64,000 nt of DNA, from assembly GCA_963850305.1 (NCBI GenBank), contig CAWKKR010000008.1:800001-864000 (forward strand). The letters run 5' to 3'. Below, piece after piece: positions 40,200 through 50,866 of this stretch (its first letter is position 1; each line of letters begins with the position of its first letter). The translations under genes and the position numbers were made by a program. The stretch is from an uncultured delta proteobacterium (GTDB taxonomy: Bacteria; Myxococcota_A; Polyangia; Polyangiales; Polyangiaceae). The notes beneath the pieces were generated by a model, which saw only the letters and a list, made by a program, of their open reading frames with translations, made no database searches and had not been told where the DNA came from.

Positions 40200-40415
40200 G
40201 ATGAGCGACCGGGGATGGGCCGCGCAGTCGTGGGTCGGCGTGCATGAGGACGGGTTCGGAGAGCCCTCCTTGAGGACGCATTCATCGACGTGGCCGTCGT
40301 GGGGGTGGTGCAAGTGTCCCCCGTGCAGGTAGTCGATGTGTCCGTCGTGCTTCAGCGCCGTGTGGCCGCAGTTCGGCCCGTGTACGTGGGAGCAGCCCGC
40401 CGTGAGATCACGCAC
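40200..40415 (-). pseudogene. His/Cys-rich putative metal-binding small protein, running into the 21-bp repeat
   Basis: HVHGPNCGHTALKHDGHIDYLHGGHLHHPHDGHVDEC; no stop before the repeats (the ORF extends to 39744). Confidence 0.6.
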
Positions 40416-40427
40416 GCAGTGACATTC

Positions 40428-41219
40428 TCAGGAGCAAAAGCTACCCGGATAGCACGTGCCGTGCTCGCACGTCGGCGTCCCGTAGCCACTTCCGGTCTGA
40501 TTGACGCAGTCGGCGTCGTGTGTACAGGCGGGGCCGCATTGCATTTCGTACCGGATGTCGTCGCACGAGGGCACGATCTGCACCCTCTCACAAGGCAATC
40601 CGTTCGGGCAGTCCGCATCCGTCGTGCAGCTCGCTTTCACGCAAGTACCGACAGGATCGCCGCACAAACAGACCGAACCTGGGTCGCACTCGTCGTCGTT
40701 CACGCAACCGTAGTGACAGCTTTCGGTCGGTGAACCTCCGATGCCACCTATACGCTCCGGCACTTCGACGCTGCAGTAGCCATGAGGTGCCCCGGTGCAT
40801 TGGTCGTTAGCGTTGCACTCCCGCGGCACGCCGCTTCCCACGTCAAGAGGGAGAGGCTCGGCCGCGTCCGGCGCACCAATCACCGACCAGCAGTCACTCT
40901 TGGAAGGTCGGTGAACCACTCCTGAGTCGCAGACTTCGAAACCACCGCTTGGGCCCGTGCCGCTTCCGTCGCTCGTCAGCGGCTTCGGGTTCAAGCAAGG
41001 CGCAAGAGGAGGTCCCGCGTCCCCGCCGCTTCCGCTCCCCCCGCTCCCCTGGGTGGCGTTCCCCGGGGCAGCATCCCCGGAGGGAGCACGACCCGCGTCG
41101 TCCGCGGGCCCAGCCGTGTGACGGGTGTCGCCCCCCGTCGTGCCGCCGCATCCAACGATGAGCCCAGAGATGACGAGGCCACTGATCCGAAATGCGAGCG
41201 GCACGAAGTTCCGAAACAT
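40428..41219 (-). CDS. Cys-rich lipoprotein
   Basis: Start ATG 41219; lipobox LIVGC; repeated CxxDxxC motifs. Confidence 0.78.
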   Translation of the reverse strand: MFRNFVPLAFRISGLVISGLIVGCGGTTGGDTRHTAGPADDAGRAPSGDAAPGNATQGSGGSGSGGDAGPPLAPCLNPKPLTSDGSGTGPSGGFEVCDSGVVHRPSKSDCWSVIGAPDAAEPLPLDVGSGVPRECNANDQCTGAPHGYCSVEVPERIGGIGGSPTESCHYGCVNDDECDPGSVCLCGDPVGTCVKASCTTDADCPNGLPCERVQIVPSCDDIRYEMQCGPACTHDADCVNQTGSGYGTPTCEHGTCYPGSFCS

Positions 41220-41266
41220 ACGCGATTGAAATTGAGAAATTAGGCGGTGTAGCGAAGACGGCGTTG

Positions 41267-43468
<2,202 letters not shown>

Positions 43469-43540
43469 CTACACTGCGGGGCTTGCGCCCCGCGATAGGC
43501 GTGCGCGGCCGGGTATATCGGGCGAGCGGATTTGCGTCGA

Positions 43541-43556
43541 AGCAAGAAGCAGGCCG
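43541..43556 (-). promoter_or_regulatory. sigma-54 promoter-like motif upstream of katG
   Basis: Minus strand cGGCCT-GCTTC-TTGCT with GG-N10-GC spacing. Confidence 0.5.
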
Positions 43557-43600
43557 TTTCTCGAAACCGCACGGGAGCCAACTTGGGCTTCCTCGAGGCC

Positions 43601-44911
43601 CTAGCCCGCATCAGATGCCCTCCCGGCGTCAGTCGTTGCGCCGGGAGTCTGCTCGCCCCCGCTCGGCGAGCTCTGACGTGGGTCCTCCACCCGGCCCATG
43701 AAGAGGATGCTGCCGTTCTTCGCGTCACGGATGAGGAACAGGAACGGGTGGTCGATTGCTACTACCTCGGGTTCGAGGAAGCCGGCCGACTTTGCTGCTC
43801 CCGCCGCGGTCGCGGCAGCGGCGACGGTTCCGTGCTCGTCCACCTGCACGAGCGCCTCCTGCACGACGACATTCACGAACAGGTCTCTCGCGCCGTCCAT
43901 CCCGGAGAGGTCGGCCTTGGTCGGGTCGAAGACGTCGGGCATGCCCATGGCGGCGAGCACGGGAACGAGGGAGACGCGATTCGTGAACGAGAACTTTGGC
44001 AGCAGGAGAGTCACTTGCGATGCCGAGCCGACCGAGGCCAGCGCGCCGGTCAACGAGGTATCCGTGAGGCCCGCCTCGAAGGCCGACAGCGAACCGTTCG
44101 GGAGGACGAAGTCCATGACGAGCGACCTCCCTTTGTAGGGAAGCTCGTAGACGAAGAAGCTCCCTCCGCCGCCGCTTCCCACACCGACATTGACCAGCCC
44201 CGACATCGTCGGCACGGAAGCCACCGTGCCGTCGGAAAGCGTAAACGGCTGCGGCGACGTGTGATTCGGGTCGAACCCGACATCCCAGACGCCATCGAAG
44301 TACACGGCGTTGGCCAGTACGAGCTGCGTCGAGTTCGTGATATCGCCCGGCCGAAGGACGGCAGGGATCTTCGCCTGCGTTGCGTTCGAGACCCACTGGT
44401 TGATCGTGCTCGTCGCGCCGCCCGGGTCGCCACTGAAGTCGACCTGCTGCAAAGGAGCGTCGTACCCACTGGAGAGCACGGAGAGAAAACTCGCCTCGAA
44501 CGTCTTGCCTTGCTGCCCCCAGAGCGAGTTGGCAATGAGCAGCTCATTGCCCGCGGACGAGCCGTCCGTCTCGTCCTCACACGCGACCGCCGCATAGGCC
44601 GGGGCGACCGTCGTTCCGTTGCCCGGAAGGTGCAGCACGGTCTGCATCTGCGAGTCCGTTTCACCGGCCGCCCCGACGTCGACCATCGTCACGGTGGTCG
44701 AGACGCCGTAGGGCGAGACGATGACGTTATTGCCGGCTCCGGCAGCCGCCACGGCGGGCCCGTACAAGGCGACGGCGAAGCTCGCGTCGTCCGAGGCAAG
44801 GCTCTTCGCCGCCGCTGAACTGCCCTGCGGTGCGCCGCACACGGCGGGTGGCGGCGGACGATCCGTGCAGCCTAATAGCGCGAAGCATCCAAGCGCCGTG
44901 CCAATCCACAT
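43601..44911 (-). CDS. serpin (lipoprotein)
   Basis: NVIVSPYG; INQWVSNATQAKI; LANAVYFDGVW; hinge DEHGTVAAAAT; DHPFLFLIRD...ILFMGRV; lipobox ALLGC. Confidence 0.95.
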   Translation of the reverse strand: MWIGTALGCFALLGCTDRPPPPAVCGAPQGSSAAAKSLASDDASFAVALYGPAVAAAGAGNNVIVSPYGVSTTVTMVDVGAAGETDSQMQTVLHLPGNGTTVAPAYAAVACEDETDGSSAGNELLIANSLWGQQGKTFEASFLSVLSSGYDAPLQQVDFSGDPGGATSTINQWVSNATQAKIPAVLRPGDITNSTQLVLANAVYFDGVWDVGFDPNHTSPQPFTLSDGTVASVPTMSGLVNVGVGSGGGGSFFVYELPYKGRSLVMDFVLPNGSLSAFEAGLTDTSLTGALASVGSASQVTLLLPKFSFTNRVSLVPVLAAMGMPDVFDPTKADLSGMDGARDLFVNVVVQEALVQVDEHGTVAAAATAAGAAKSAGFLEPEVVAIDHPFLFLIRDAKNGSILFMGRVEDPRQSSPSGGEQTPGATTDAGRASDAG

Positions 44912-44930
44912 GACGGGGATGTTTAGCAAC

Positions 44931-45000
44931 GGGAGCCTTGCCAGCCTTGCCCCCGCGGCTCGCTGTCGCGACCGCTCCCCCGCCGCCTTCGGCGGGCTCG
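44931..45000 (+). repeat. single copy of the dispersed repeat that forms the 30.2-kb array
   Basis: ccttgcccccgcggctcgctgtcgcgaccgctcccccgccgccttcggcgggctcg is nearly identical to the array head and last unit. Confidence 0.92.
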
Positions 45001-45266
45001 GGCTCGCGTGGGTTCTCGGAGCCCGGATCCCCCGCAGCCGCATCGCTGAAGCATCGCCCACTTTACCTGCATGGTCCAGAGCCTCGGTCGTCGCGCTCCC
45101 TTGCGCGGCCGCTTCGAGCGCCGGACCGCGGGCTGCTCGGGTGCCGGGGACGATCTCTCCGCGCAGCCCGGACGGGGATTCACGCTCGGTGCAGGACGTA
45201 CCGCACGCTCCACCGCGTCGGCCTCGCGGATTTCGACGCCGCGCTTTTCCGTGTTACGGAAAACTC

Positions 45267-45542
45267 GTGCGTTTCGGCTGGGATGCAAGGAAGGACCGCG
45301 CGAACGCGATAAAACATGGCGTCACTTTCCAGGAAGCGGCTACGTGCTTCGACGACCCGGCAGGCGTCTACCTCCGGAACGAGTCGCCATCGTACGAAGA
45401 TCGCCTCATCCTCATCGGGCGCTCGACAGCGAGCCGGCTCCTCTTCGTCGTCCACGCGGAAGTCGGCCGCGACTCCATCCGCATCGTCAGTGCCCGGAAA
45501 GCGAGCGCGGCACAAGTCCGCATCTACCGGGGATTGGACTGA
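45267..45542 (+). CDS. BrnT family toxin
   Basis: From GTG 45267: RFGWDARKDRANAIKHGVTFQEA...EDRLILIG...IRIVSARKA. Confidence 0.9.
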   Translation: MRFGWDARKDRANAIKHGVTFQEAATCFDDPAGVYLRNESPSYEDRLILIGRSTASRLLFVVHAEVGRDSIRIVSARKASAAQVRIYRGLD

Positions 45543-45639
45543 CGAGCCCATCGACCCGAAGGCGTGGAGGCGCGTTCCTGGCAACCCGTTCGCGGACTAC
45601 GACCCGTCCGAAGGCATCGCTCTCTGGTCGCTCTGGGAG

Positions 45640-45819
45640 ATGCCGTCGACCAGCGTGGGGAAGGTCGTTCGGCGAGGCCGCCCGCCGGGTGAACCCACGG
45701 TCGTGCGAAGCGTTCGCCTGCCCGCCGCGATGTGGGAGCATCTCGAGCATCTCGCCACCGAGGCCAACACGACGCTGAACGGGCTGATCCGCGACAAGCT
45801 TTCCGGACGGGGTCGCTGA
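45640..45819 (+). CDS. putative BrnA/RHH-type antitoxin (start uncertain, may extend to ~45535)
   Basis: RGRPP...RSVRLP...WEHLEHLA...LNGLIRD, directly downstream of the BrnT toxin. Confidence 0.65.
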   Translation: MPSTSVGKVVRRGRPPGEPTVVRSVRLPAAMWEHLEHLATEANTTLNGLIRDKLSGRGR

Positions 45820-45838
45820 CTGGTCATTGCCCGGTGCA

Positions 45839-46720
45839 CTACCACCGCAGGTCCGTCGCTCCCGACGTCGCGACGATGCGATTGCCCGGATCGTGCGTGT
45901 GACCATAGGCAGACTGGATGGCTACCCTACCCGGCCCCTGGAGGCGCAGCCACAGATAGCGCTCACCCCAGGCCCAGATGCTCACACCGCTGCTCCGGGG
46001 GTGCTCGAAGTGGAGCGCCACCGAAACGCTCGCGTCCTTGTAAAGGAACGCCGACGGCTTCACCAGAATGTGCTCGCCCGCCGACAGCTCTCGCAGAAAC
46101 GCGTTCCCGTGGGCATGGATCAAGAGCAGCCCCGGCGCTGCGGGCGCAGAGAACCTGTCGATGAGCATGCCGATCGGAAAATGCGTCTCGGTCTCGTCCC
46201 CGTTCTGGGTCCGGAACCAGACGTCGCTCGACAGAAAGTCGTACTGGACGCTCCCCGTTGCCACCATGAAGAGGTGCTCCCGGACGTCGATCGCGCGCCC
46301 GGGATGCAGCGGAACCGCGAGCGTCTCGCCGGCGGCGTCCCGTGAAAACGCGATTCGCCCCGGGCCCGTCGCGGTGAGCAGACGAACGGGGAGCCCGGCG
46401 AGCATTCGCTTCCACGCCCCCTTGAGGCTCGTCTGCGCGAGCGTGACCTTCTGATCCTTCCAGAGGATCTCGTGCTGCGCGAAGTACAGGCCCTCGCCGG
46501 CGGCAAGGTCGAAGTCCGCGACGGGAACGGTCGCGCCCTCGATCTGAACCGACGTGCGGCCGCACTGGATGCGCGTCATGTCCGCCACTGCGGGGAGCTC
46601 GATCCAGCCGGACGCGGCCTTCTTCAGCCGGACATCGACGGGCGCGCCGCAGCCCGCGCAACTTCTGGCCGCGCCGTCGCCGACCGTCCGGCAATAGGGG
46701 CAGGTGTACGCGTTCGACAT
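45839..46720 (-). CDS. AIM24 family protein with N-terminal zinc ribbon
   Basis: CPYC...CAGC; GPGRIAFSRD; GLLLIHAHGN; GPGRVAIQS; start overlaps the upstream stop. Confidence 0.85.
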   Translation of the reverse strand: MSNAYTCPYCRTVGDGAARSCAGCGAPVDVRLKKAASGWIELPAVADMTRIQCGRTSVQIEGATVPVADFDLAAGEGLYFAQHEILWKDQKVTLAQTSLKGAWKRMLAGLPVRLLTATGPGRIAFSRDAAGETLAVPLHPGRAIDVREHLFMVATGSVQYDFLSSDVWFRTQNGDETETHFPIGMLIDRFSAPAAPGLLLIHAHGNAFLRELSAGEHILVKPSAFLYKDASVSVALHFEHPRSSGVSIWAWGERYLWLRLQGPGRVAIQSAYGHTHDPGNRIVATSGATDLRW

Positions 46721-47526
46721 CACTCCCCCGACGCGTGATGGTGATACATCGACTGGATACCGACGCGGCCCGGCCCCGTCATGTGCGCGAGGTACATGGA
46801 CGTGCCGCCGAAGAGGCCGGTGGAGAGCTGGACCTTCTCGGCCTGCATCTGGACCGAGGCGTCCTTGAAGAGCATCGAGCCCGGTTCGATCTGGATCGTC
46901 TCTCCGGGGCCGAGCGTTCGAACGAACACGTTGCCGAAGCCGTGGAGGACGAGCAGGCCCGGAGCCGCCGTGGTGACGAAGCGGTCCATCCACATCCCGC
47001 TGCCGCCGTAGAAGATGTTGGCGAGCCCCTTGATGCGCACGTACGTGTACTGAATCTGGTGGCTCGCGAGCAAGAACGCATGTTCGCGCGCGTCGATCTC
47101 GTGCCCCGGATGGATCGGGAGGACCACGATCTCGCCCGTGGCGTCCTTGGAGAAGGCGATTCGCCCGGGACCCTCGGCCATCGTGACCAGGTGGGGAAGG
47201 CCGAAGAGAGACCGCTTCGGACCCGTGAGCTTCATCAAGGACAGCGGGACCCGATCCGTCTTCCAGAGCATGACATGGTGCTCGAAGTAGACGCCGTCGC
47301 CCGCGGCGAGCTCGACGTCCACCACCGGAACGATCTCGCCCTCGACCTGACAGGTGCTGTTGCCGAAGCGGAACGCGGCCATGTCGCGCAGCCGCGGCGC
47401 TTCGCGCCAGCCCGATTCACTGACCAGGTTCTTGATATCGAGCGGCGCGCCACACGTCGCGCACTGCGTCGGGTTCGTGTTCTGCGCGCCACACCACTGG
47501 CAGACGACTCGCTCGTACTCGTTCAT
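46720..47526 (-). CDS. AIM24 family protein with N-terminal zinc ribbon
   Basis: CQWC...CATC; GPGRIAFSKD; GLLVLHGFGN; GPGRVGIQS; GGAGG RBS. Confidence 0.88.
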   Translation of the reverse strand: MNEYERVVCQWCGAQNTNPTQCATCGAPLDIKNLVSESGWREAPRLRDMAAFRFGNSTCQVEGEIVPVVDVELAAGDGVYFEHHVMLWKTDRVPLSLMKLTGPKRSLFGLPHLVTMAEGPGRIAFSKDATGEIVVLPIHPGHEIDAREHAFLLASHQIQYTYVRIKGLANIFYGGSGMWMDRFVTTAAPGLLVLHGFGNVFVRTLGPGETIQIEPGSMLFKDASVQMQAEKVQLSTGLFGGTSMYLAHMTGPGRVGIQSMYHHHASGE

Positions 47527-47694
47527 GGTACCTCCGCGACCAGGAACGGTATCACGGGCCCGTCGCGAAACTCGGTAAGACTCACTCGGCGATGCCTGCC
47601 ACTATCGAAAGACCCGCCACATGACAGACGCTCCGTTCGGCTTCGCACGTCTTCTGGTTGGTGCGGTGCTGGCGGTCTGACATCGTCGCCGCGT

Positions 47695-48165
47695 CTACGT
47701 ATCTTGTTCGTCCAGCACAACCGCCAGCGCCGCCTCGAGCGCGGGGAGGGCGGCCCTGTCTTTGGGCCGGTTCGCGGTTCGCTTCGAATGAATGATTCTC
47801 TCCAGCGGCAAAACGCGGACCGGAACCCCGTCCACCTCGAGCGCCTTCGAGCCCGCATACTCCACGTCGAAGCCTTCGAGCCCGCTCAACGTGAGGACTA
47901 CGTCGAATCGATCGCCCAGCGCGCCTCCCAATGCCGGCGGCTGCATGCCGAAAGTGCCAGAAATCCAGATGCCCCCGGAGCGACGCGCTGCCTCGCCGAC
48001 GCGCGGATCGGTCGTGTCTCGAAACCACAGATCGACGTCCTCCGTCGCGATGCGGGCGCCCTGCATGGAGGCCGCGGTAACGCCGACCACGAGATAGAGC
48101 ACGCCGAGCTCGTTGAGAGCCGCGAGGAACTGCCGCTCAGCAGGTTCTAGGGCGTAGGCGGGCAT
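47695..48165 (-). CDS. minimal nucleotidyltransferase-like protein
   Basis: LVVGVTAASMQG...TEDVDLW; SKRTANRPKD; start ATG 48165. Confidence 0.8.
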   Translation of the reverse strand: MPAYALEPAERQFLAALNELGVLYLVVGVTAASMQGARIATEDVDLWFRDTTDPRVGEAARRSGGIWISGTFGMQPPALGGALGDRFDVVLTLSGLEGFDVEYAGSKALEVDGVPVRVLPLERIIHSKRTANRPKDRAALPALEAALAVVLDEQDT

Positions 48166-48337
48166 GGGCGAGGGAGCGACGGACTCGTTCGGACGGAGTC
48201 TCGTGGTACGTGCAGAGCACGTGATAGACGTCGCCGGGATCGAGGTTCGGGTTCCGCGCGACAATCGAGTGCGCACGACGCCACCGCGCTTCACTGGCGA
48301 GCGCCCACGCGCGCTCTTCCGGAGTGAGACTCTCCAT
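48137..48337 (-). CDS. small hypothetical partner of the nucleotidyltransferase
   Basis: 66 aa from ATG 48337, ending ...TPSERVRRSL...; overlaps the nucleotidyltransferase start. Confidence 0.65.
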   Translation of the reverse strand: MESLTPEERAWALASEARWRRAHSIVARNPNLDPGDVYHVLCTYHETPSERVRRSLAHARLRPRTC

Positions 48338-48550
48338 GTCCACGCGGAAAGTCTCACACGGAGCGACGCATCCCGCCAGTGGCTTCGGTGCTGGCAAGGA
48401 CGCGCCATCTGTGTCGGAACGCCGGGGTCCCGGACCGAGACTATTTCGGCGTCGCCTTCATGATGGTGCTGCTGTGAGGAGCGTCGTTCGCAACCATAGT
48501 GGCGACCGTTACCCTGCCGCCCCGACGGCGGTGTAAGGTCTGCGTCACGC

Positions 48551-48848
48551 ATGCCCGGTTGTTGCCTCGGAGCGCTCGTCCTTTTCTTTGGTCCACGCGC
48601 GGTGCTGGTCTTCGCGTGGCTGACCACGAATTGGTACGCCGCGTTCGAGTCCCGGCTCGTGGCGTTGTTCGGCTTTTTCGTCGTGCCCTGGACGTCCCTC
48701 GCGTGGATGTACGTCTTCTTTCATCACCACGGCGACTTGAGCGGCGGGTACGCGTTACTCCTCGCGGGAGCGGCGGTCGCGGATTTCGAGCACCTACGGC
48801 GGCTCGCACGCCGCCAGGCGACGACAACGGAACGGCTGGCCCTCCTGA
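48551..48848 (+). pseudogene. small membrane protein (~98 aa) with +1 frameshift at ~48785
   Basis: MPGCCLGALVLFFGPR...PWTSLAW...AVAD; the +1 frame continues STYGGSHAARRRQRNGWPS*. Confidence 0.68.
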
Positions 48849-48884
48849 ATCTCGTGGCGCGGGGCGGGGGCCAGCACCGCATGG

Positions 48885-49502
48885 TCATGTGCCACGCCTC
48901 GCCGCCCAGGAAACCGCCGCTTCGCGACAGTCCTCTGGAATTTGACTCGGCATCCGTGGCTCGCATTCCACGACGCGTCCGCGGCAGTCGACGGAGATGC
49001 GGCAGCACCTGTCGAACATGTCGCGGATCTTCTCCCGTCCGCGCTGGACGCGCGACTTGATCCCCGAGAGAGAAATGCCGAGCATGTCGGCGGCATCCTT
49101 CTGCGTGAGCCCTTCGAGCTCGGTCAGCGTGATGGCCTCTCGATAAGGCGACGGCAATCGAGCGACGAACAGGGAGACGCAAGTGCCGAGGTCCGTTTGG
49201 AGCTCCACGACCTCGTCCTCACCGGGATCCGGTTCGACACTTTCGGGGATCTCCGCCACCGGGACCAGCGGCTCGCGTGCCCGAGACCGAGACAAGTCGG
49301 CGATGGCGTGCTGCGCGATGCGATACACCCAGCCACCGAACCGTTCACCGTCGCGCAAGGTTCCAATGCCTCGGTGCACCCGGATGAAGATTTCCTGGAG
49401 GACGTCGTCCACGTCCGCTCGGGAAGCCACGCGGCGCGCGACGTACGGTCGAAGCCGTTCTTCGATCTCGTTCCACGCGCCGCGGGCGTCCGATCCGATC
49501 AT
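48885..49502 (-). CDS. sigZ: ECF sigma factor, SigZ-like, with Cys-rich C-terminus
   Basis: DVDDVLQEIFIR...GWVYRIA; YREAITLTELEGLTQ...SLSGIKSRVQRGR; tail RCC...DCRG...EC...DC. Confidence 0.85.
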   Translation of the reverse strand: MIGSDARGAWNEIEERLRPYVARRVASRADVDDVLQEIFIRVHRGIGTLRDGERFGGWVYRIAQHAIADLSRSRAREPLVPVAEIPESVEPDPGEDEVVELQTDLGTCVSLFVARLPSPYREAITLTELEGLTQKDAADMLGISLSGIKSRVQRGREKIRDMFDRCCRISVDCRGRVVECEPRMPSQIPEDCREAAVSWAARRGT

Positions 49503-49515
49503 GCGGCGTCCTTGA

Positions 49516-50319
49516 CTACGCGCAGCACGAGGACGCGCAGCAGGTTTTTCCTCCGGGCTTCGTGGCTTCGACCGTCGCCGACGCGACGTAGTCTTCGGCT
49601 CCGGGCATGCATTGACCGATGATCGCGCCGCTCTCGGGTCGTGGCTCGAGCCGTATATTCTCGAAGCCAGCCTCCGTGAGCAGGGCGCGAAGGTCGTCCA
49701 CCTTGGCGGCGCCGGACACGCACCCCGTGAGAGCTTCCACGCTCTCCGCGAGCCCTCGGGGCATGGCCTTCATTGCCACGACATCGAAGATCGCGAGACG
49801 TCCGCCGGGCTTCAGCACACGGAAGGCGTCGCGAAAGACAGACCCCTTGTCCGGCGAGAGGTTGATGACGCAATTCGAAAGAACGACGTCCACGGACGCG
49901 TCCGACGCCGGCAGATGCTCGATCTCGCCGAGCCGGAACTCGACGTTGCTCGCCTCGACGCGGCGAGCGTTGTCGCGGGCCTTCGAGATCATCTCCGGAG
50001 TCATGTCGACGCCGATGACGCGACCCGCTGCACCCACGCGCTTCGCCGCGAGGAAGCAGTCGAACCCCGCGCCGCTTCCGAGATCGAGCACGGTCTCGCC
50101 CGGCCTGAGCGCCGCAATGGCCTGGGGGTTACCGCATCCGAGGCCCAGGTCCGCGCCATCCGGGACGCTCGCCAGATCTTCCTTCGTGTAGCCCATCGCG
50201 AGGCTGCCGTTTCCCTGCCTGCCGCAACAGCCGACGCTGCAGCCATCGGCACCCTTCGCCACCGTGGCGTAGGCAGTTCGAACCTTGGTTCTGACTCGAT
50301 CGTCGTCTTGGGTTTCCAT
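49516..50319 (-). CDS. arsM: arsenite S-adenosylmethionine methyltransferase
   Basis: LGLGCGNP; VLDLGSGAGFDC; GVDMTPEM; SNCVINLSPDK; GCVSGA; CC pairs at both ends; GGAGG RBS before ATG 50319. Confidence 0.94.
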   Translation of the reverse strand: METQDDDRVRTKVRTAYATVAKGADGCSVGCCGRQGNGSLAMGYTKEDLASVPDGADLGLGCGNPQAIAALRPGETVLDLGSGAGFDCFLAAKRVGAAGRVIGVDMTPEMISKARDNARRVEASNVEFRLGEIEHLPASDASVDVVLSNCVINLSPDKGSVFRDAFRVLKPGGRLAIFDVVAMKAMPRGLAESVEALTGCVSGAAKVDDLRALLTEAGFENIRLEPRPESGAIIGQCMPGAEDYVASATVEATKPGGKTCCASSCCA

Positions 50320-50457
50320 CGTGACCTCCGAAGACAAGGACGCGGGTTCCTCGAAAAGGACGCCGCGAAAAGGGCCCGCCAGGCGCCTGGCGTCGGCGCG
50401 TGGTTCCAAATTACTCGAAATGTTGCTTGCAGGCTGATTCGATTTTGTTAGAAGAAC

Positions 50458-50850
50458 ATGGTGCCCTCCACGACCATCCGCGTCTTCGATCCCGCCATGT
50501 GCTGCTCCACCGGCGTTTGCGGCCCGAGCATCGATCCCGAGCTCGCGCGCTTCGCGGCGGACGTCGAGTGGCTCCGGAACCAGGGCGTGAAGGTCGAGCG
50601 CTTCAACCTCTCGCATCAGCCGGCCGCGTTCGCCGAGACGGCCGTCGTGAAACAGGCCCTCGAGCGCGGCACGGATGTGCTGCCGCTGGTCCTCGTGGGT
50701 GATCGGATCGCGGTCGAAGGCGCATATCCGTCTCGCGACACGCTCGCGGCTCTCGCGGGAGTCGTCGTGAAGAAGCTCGCACCGGCGCCCACGTCGAGTT
50801 GCTGCGGTCCGAGTACGAGCAGCGCGAAGACGAAGACCGGCTGCTGCTGA
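50458..50850 (+). CDS. arsD: arsenic metallochaperone ArsD
   Basis: FDPAMCCSTGVCGP; RFNL; GAYPSR; terminal CC pairs. Confidence 0.95.
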   Translation: MVPSTTIRVFDPAMCCSTGVCGPSIDPELARFAADVEWLRNQGVKVERFNLSHQPAAFAETAVVKQALERGTDVLPLVLVGDRIAVEGAYPSRDTLAALAGVVVKKLAPAPTSSCCGPSTSSAKTKTGCC

Positions 50851-50866
50851 GCTCACGAGCGCAGCA

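Noticed and set aside
49503..50366. 11-bp inverted repeat (gcggcgtcctt) flanking arsM as an invertible segment
   Set aside because: Short and GC-rich, one copy doubles as the sigZ RBS, and no recombinase is nearby.
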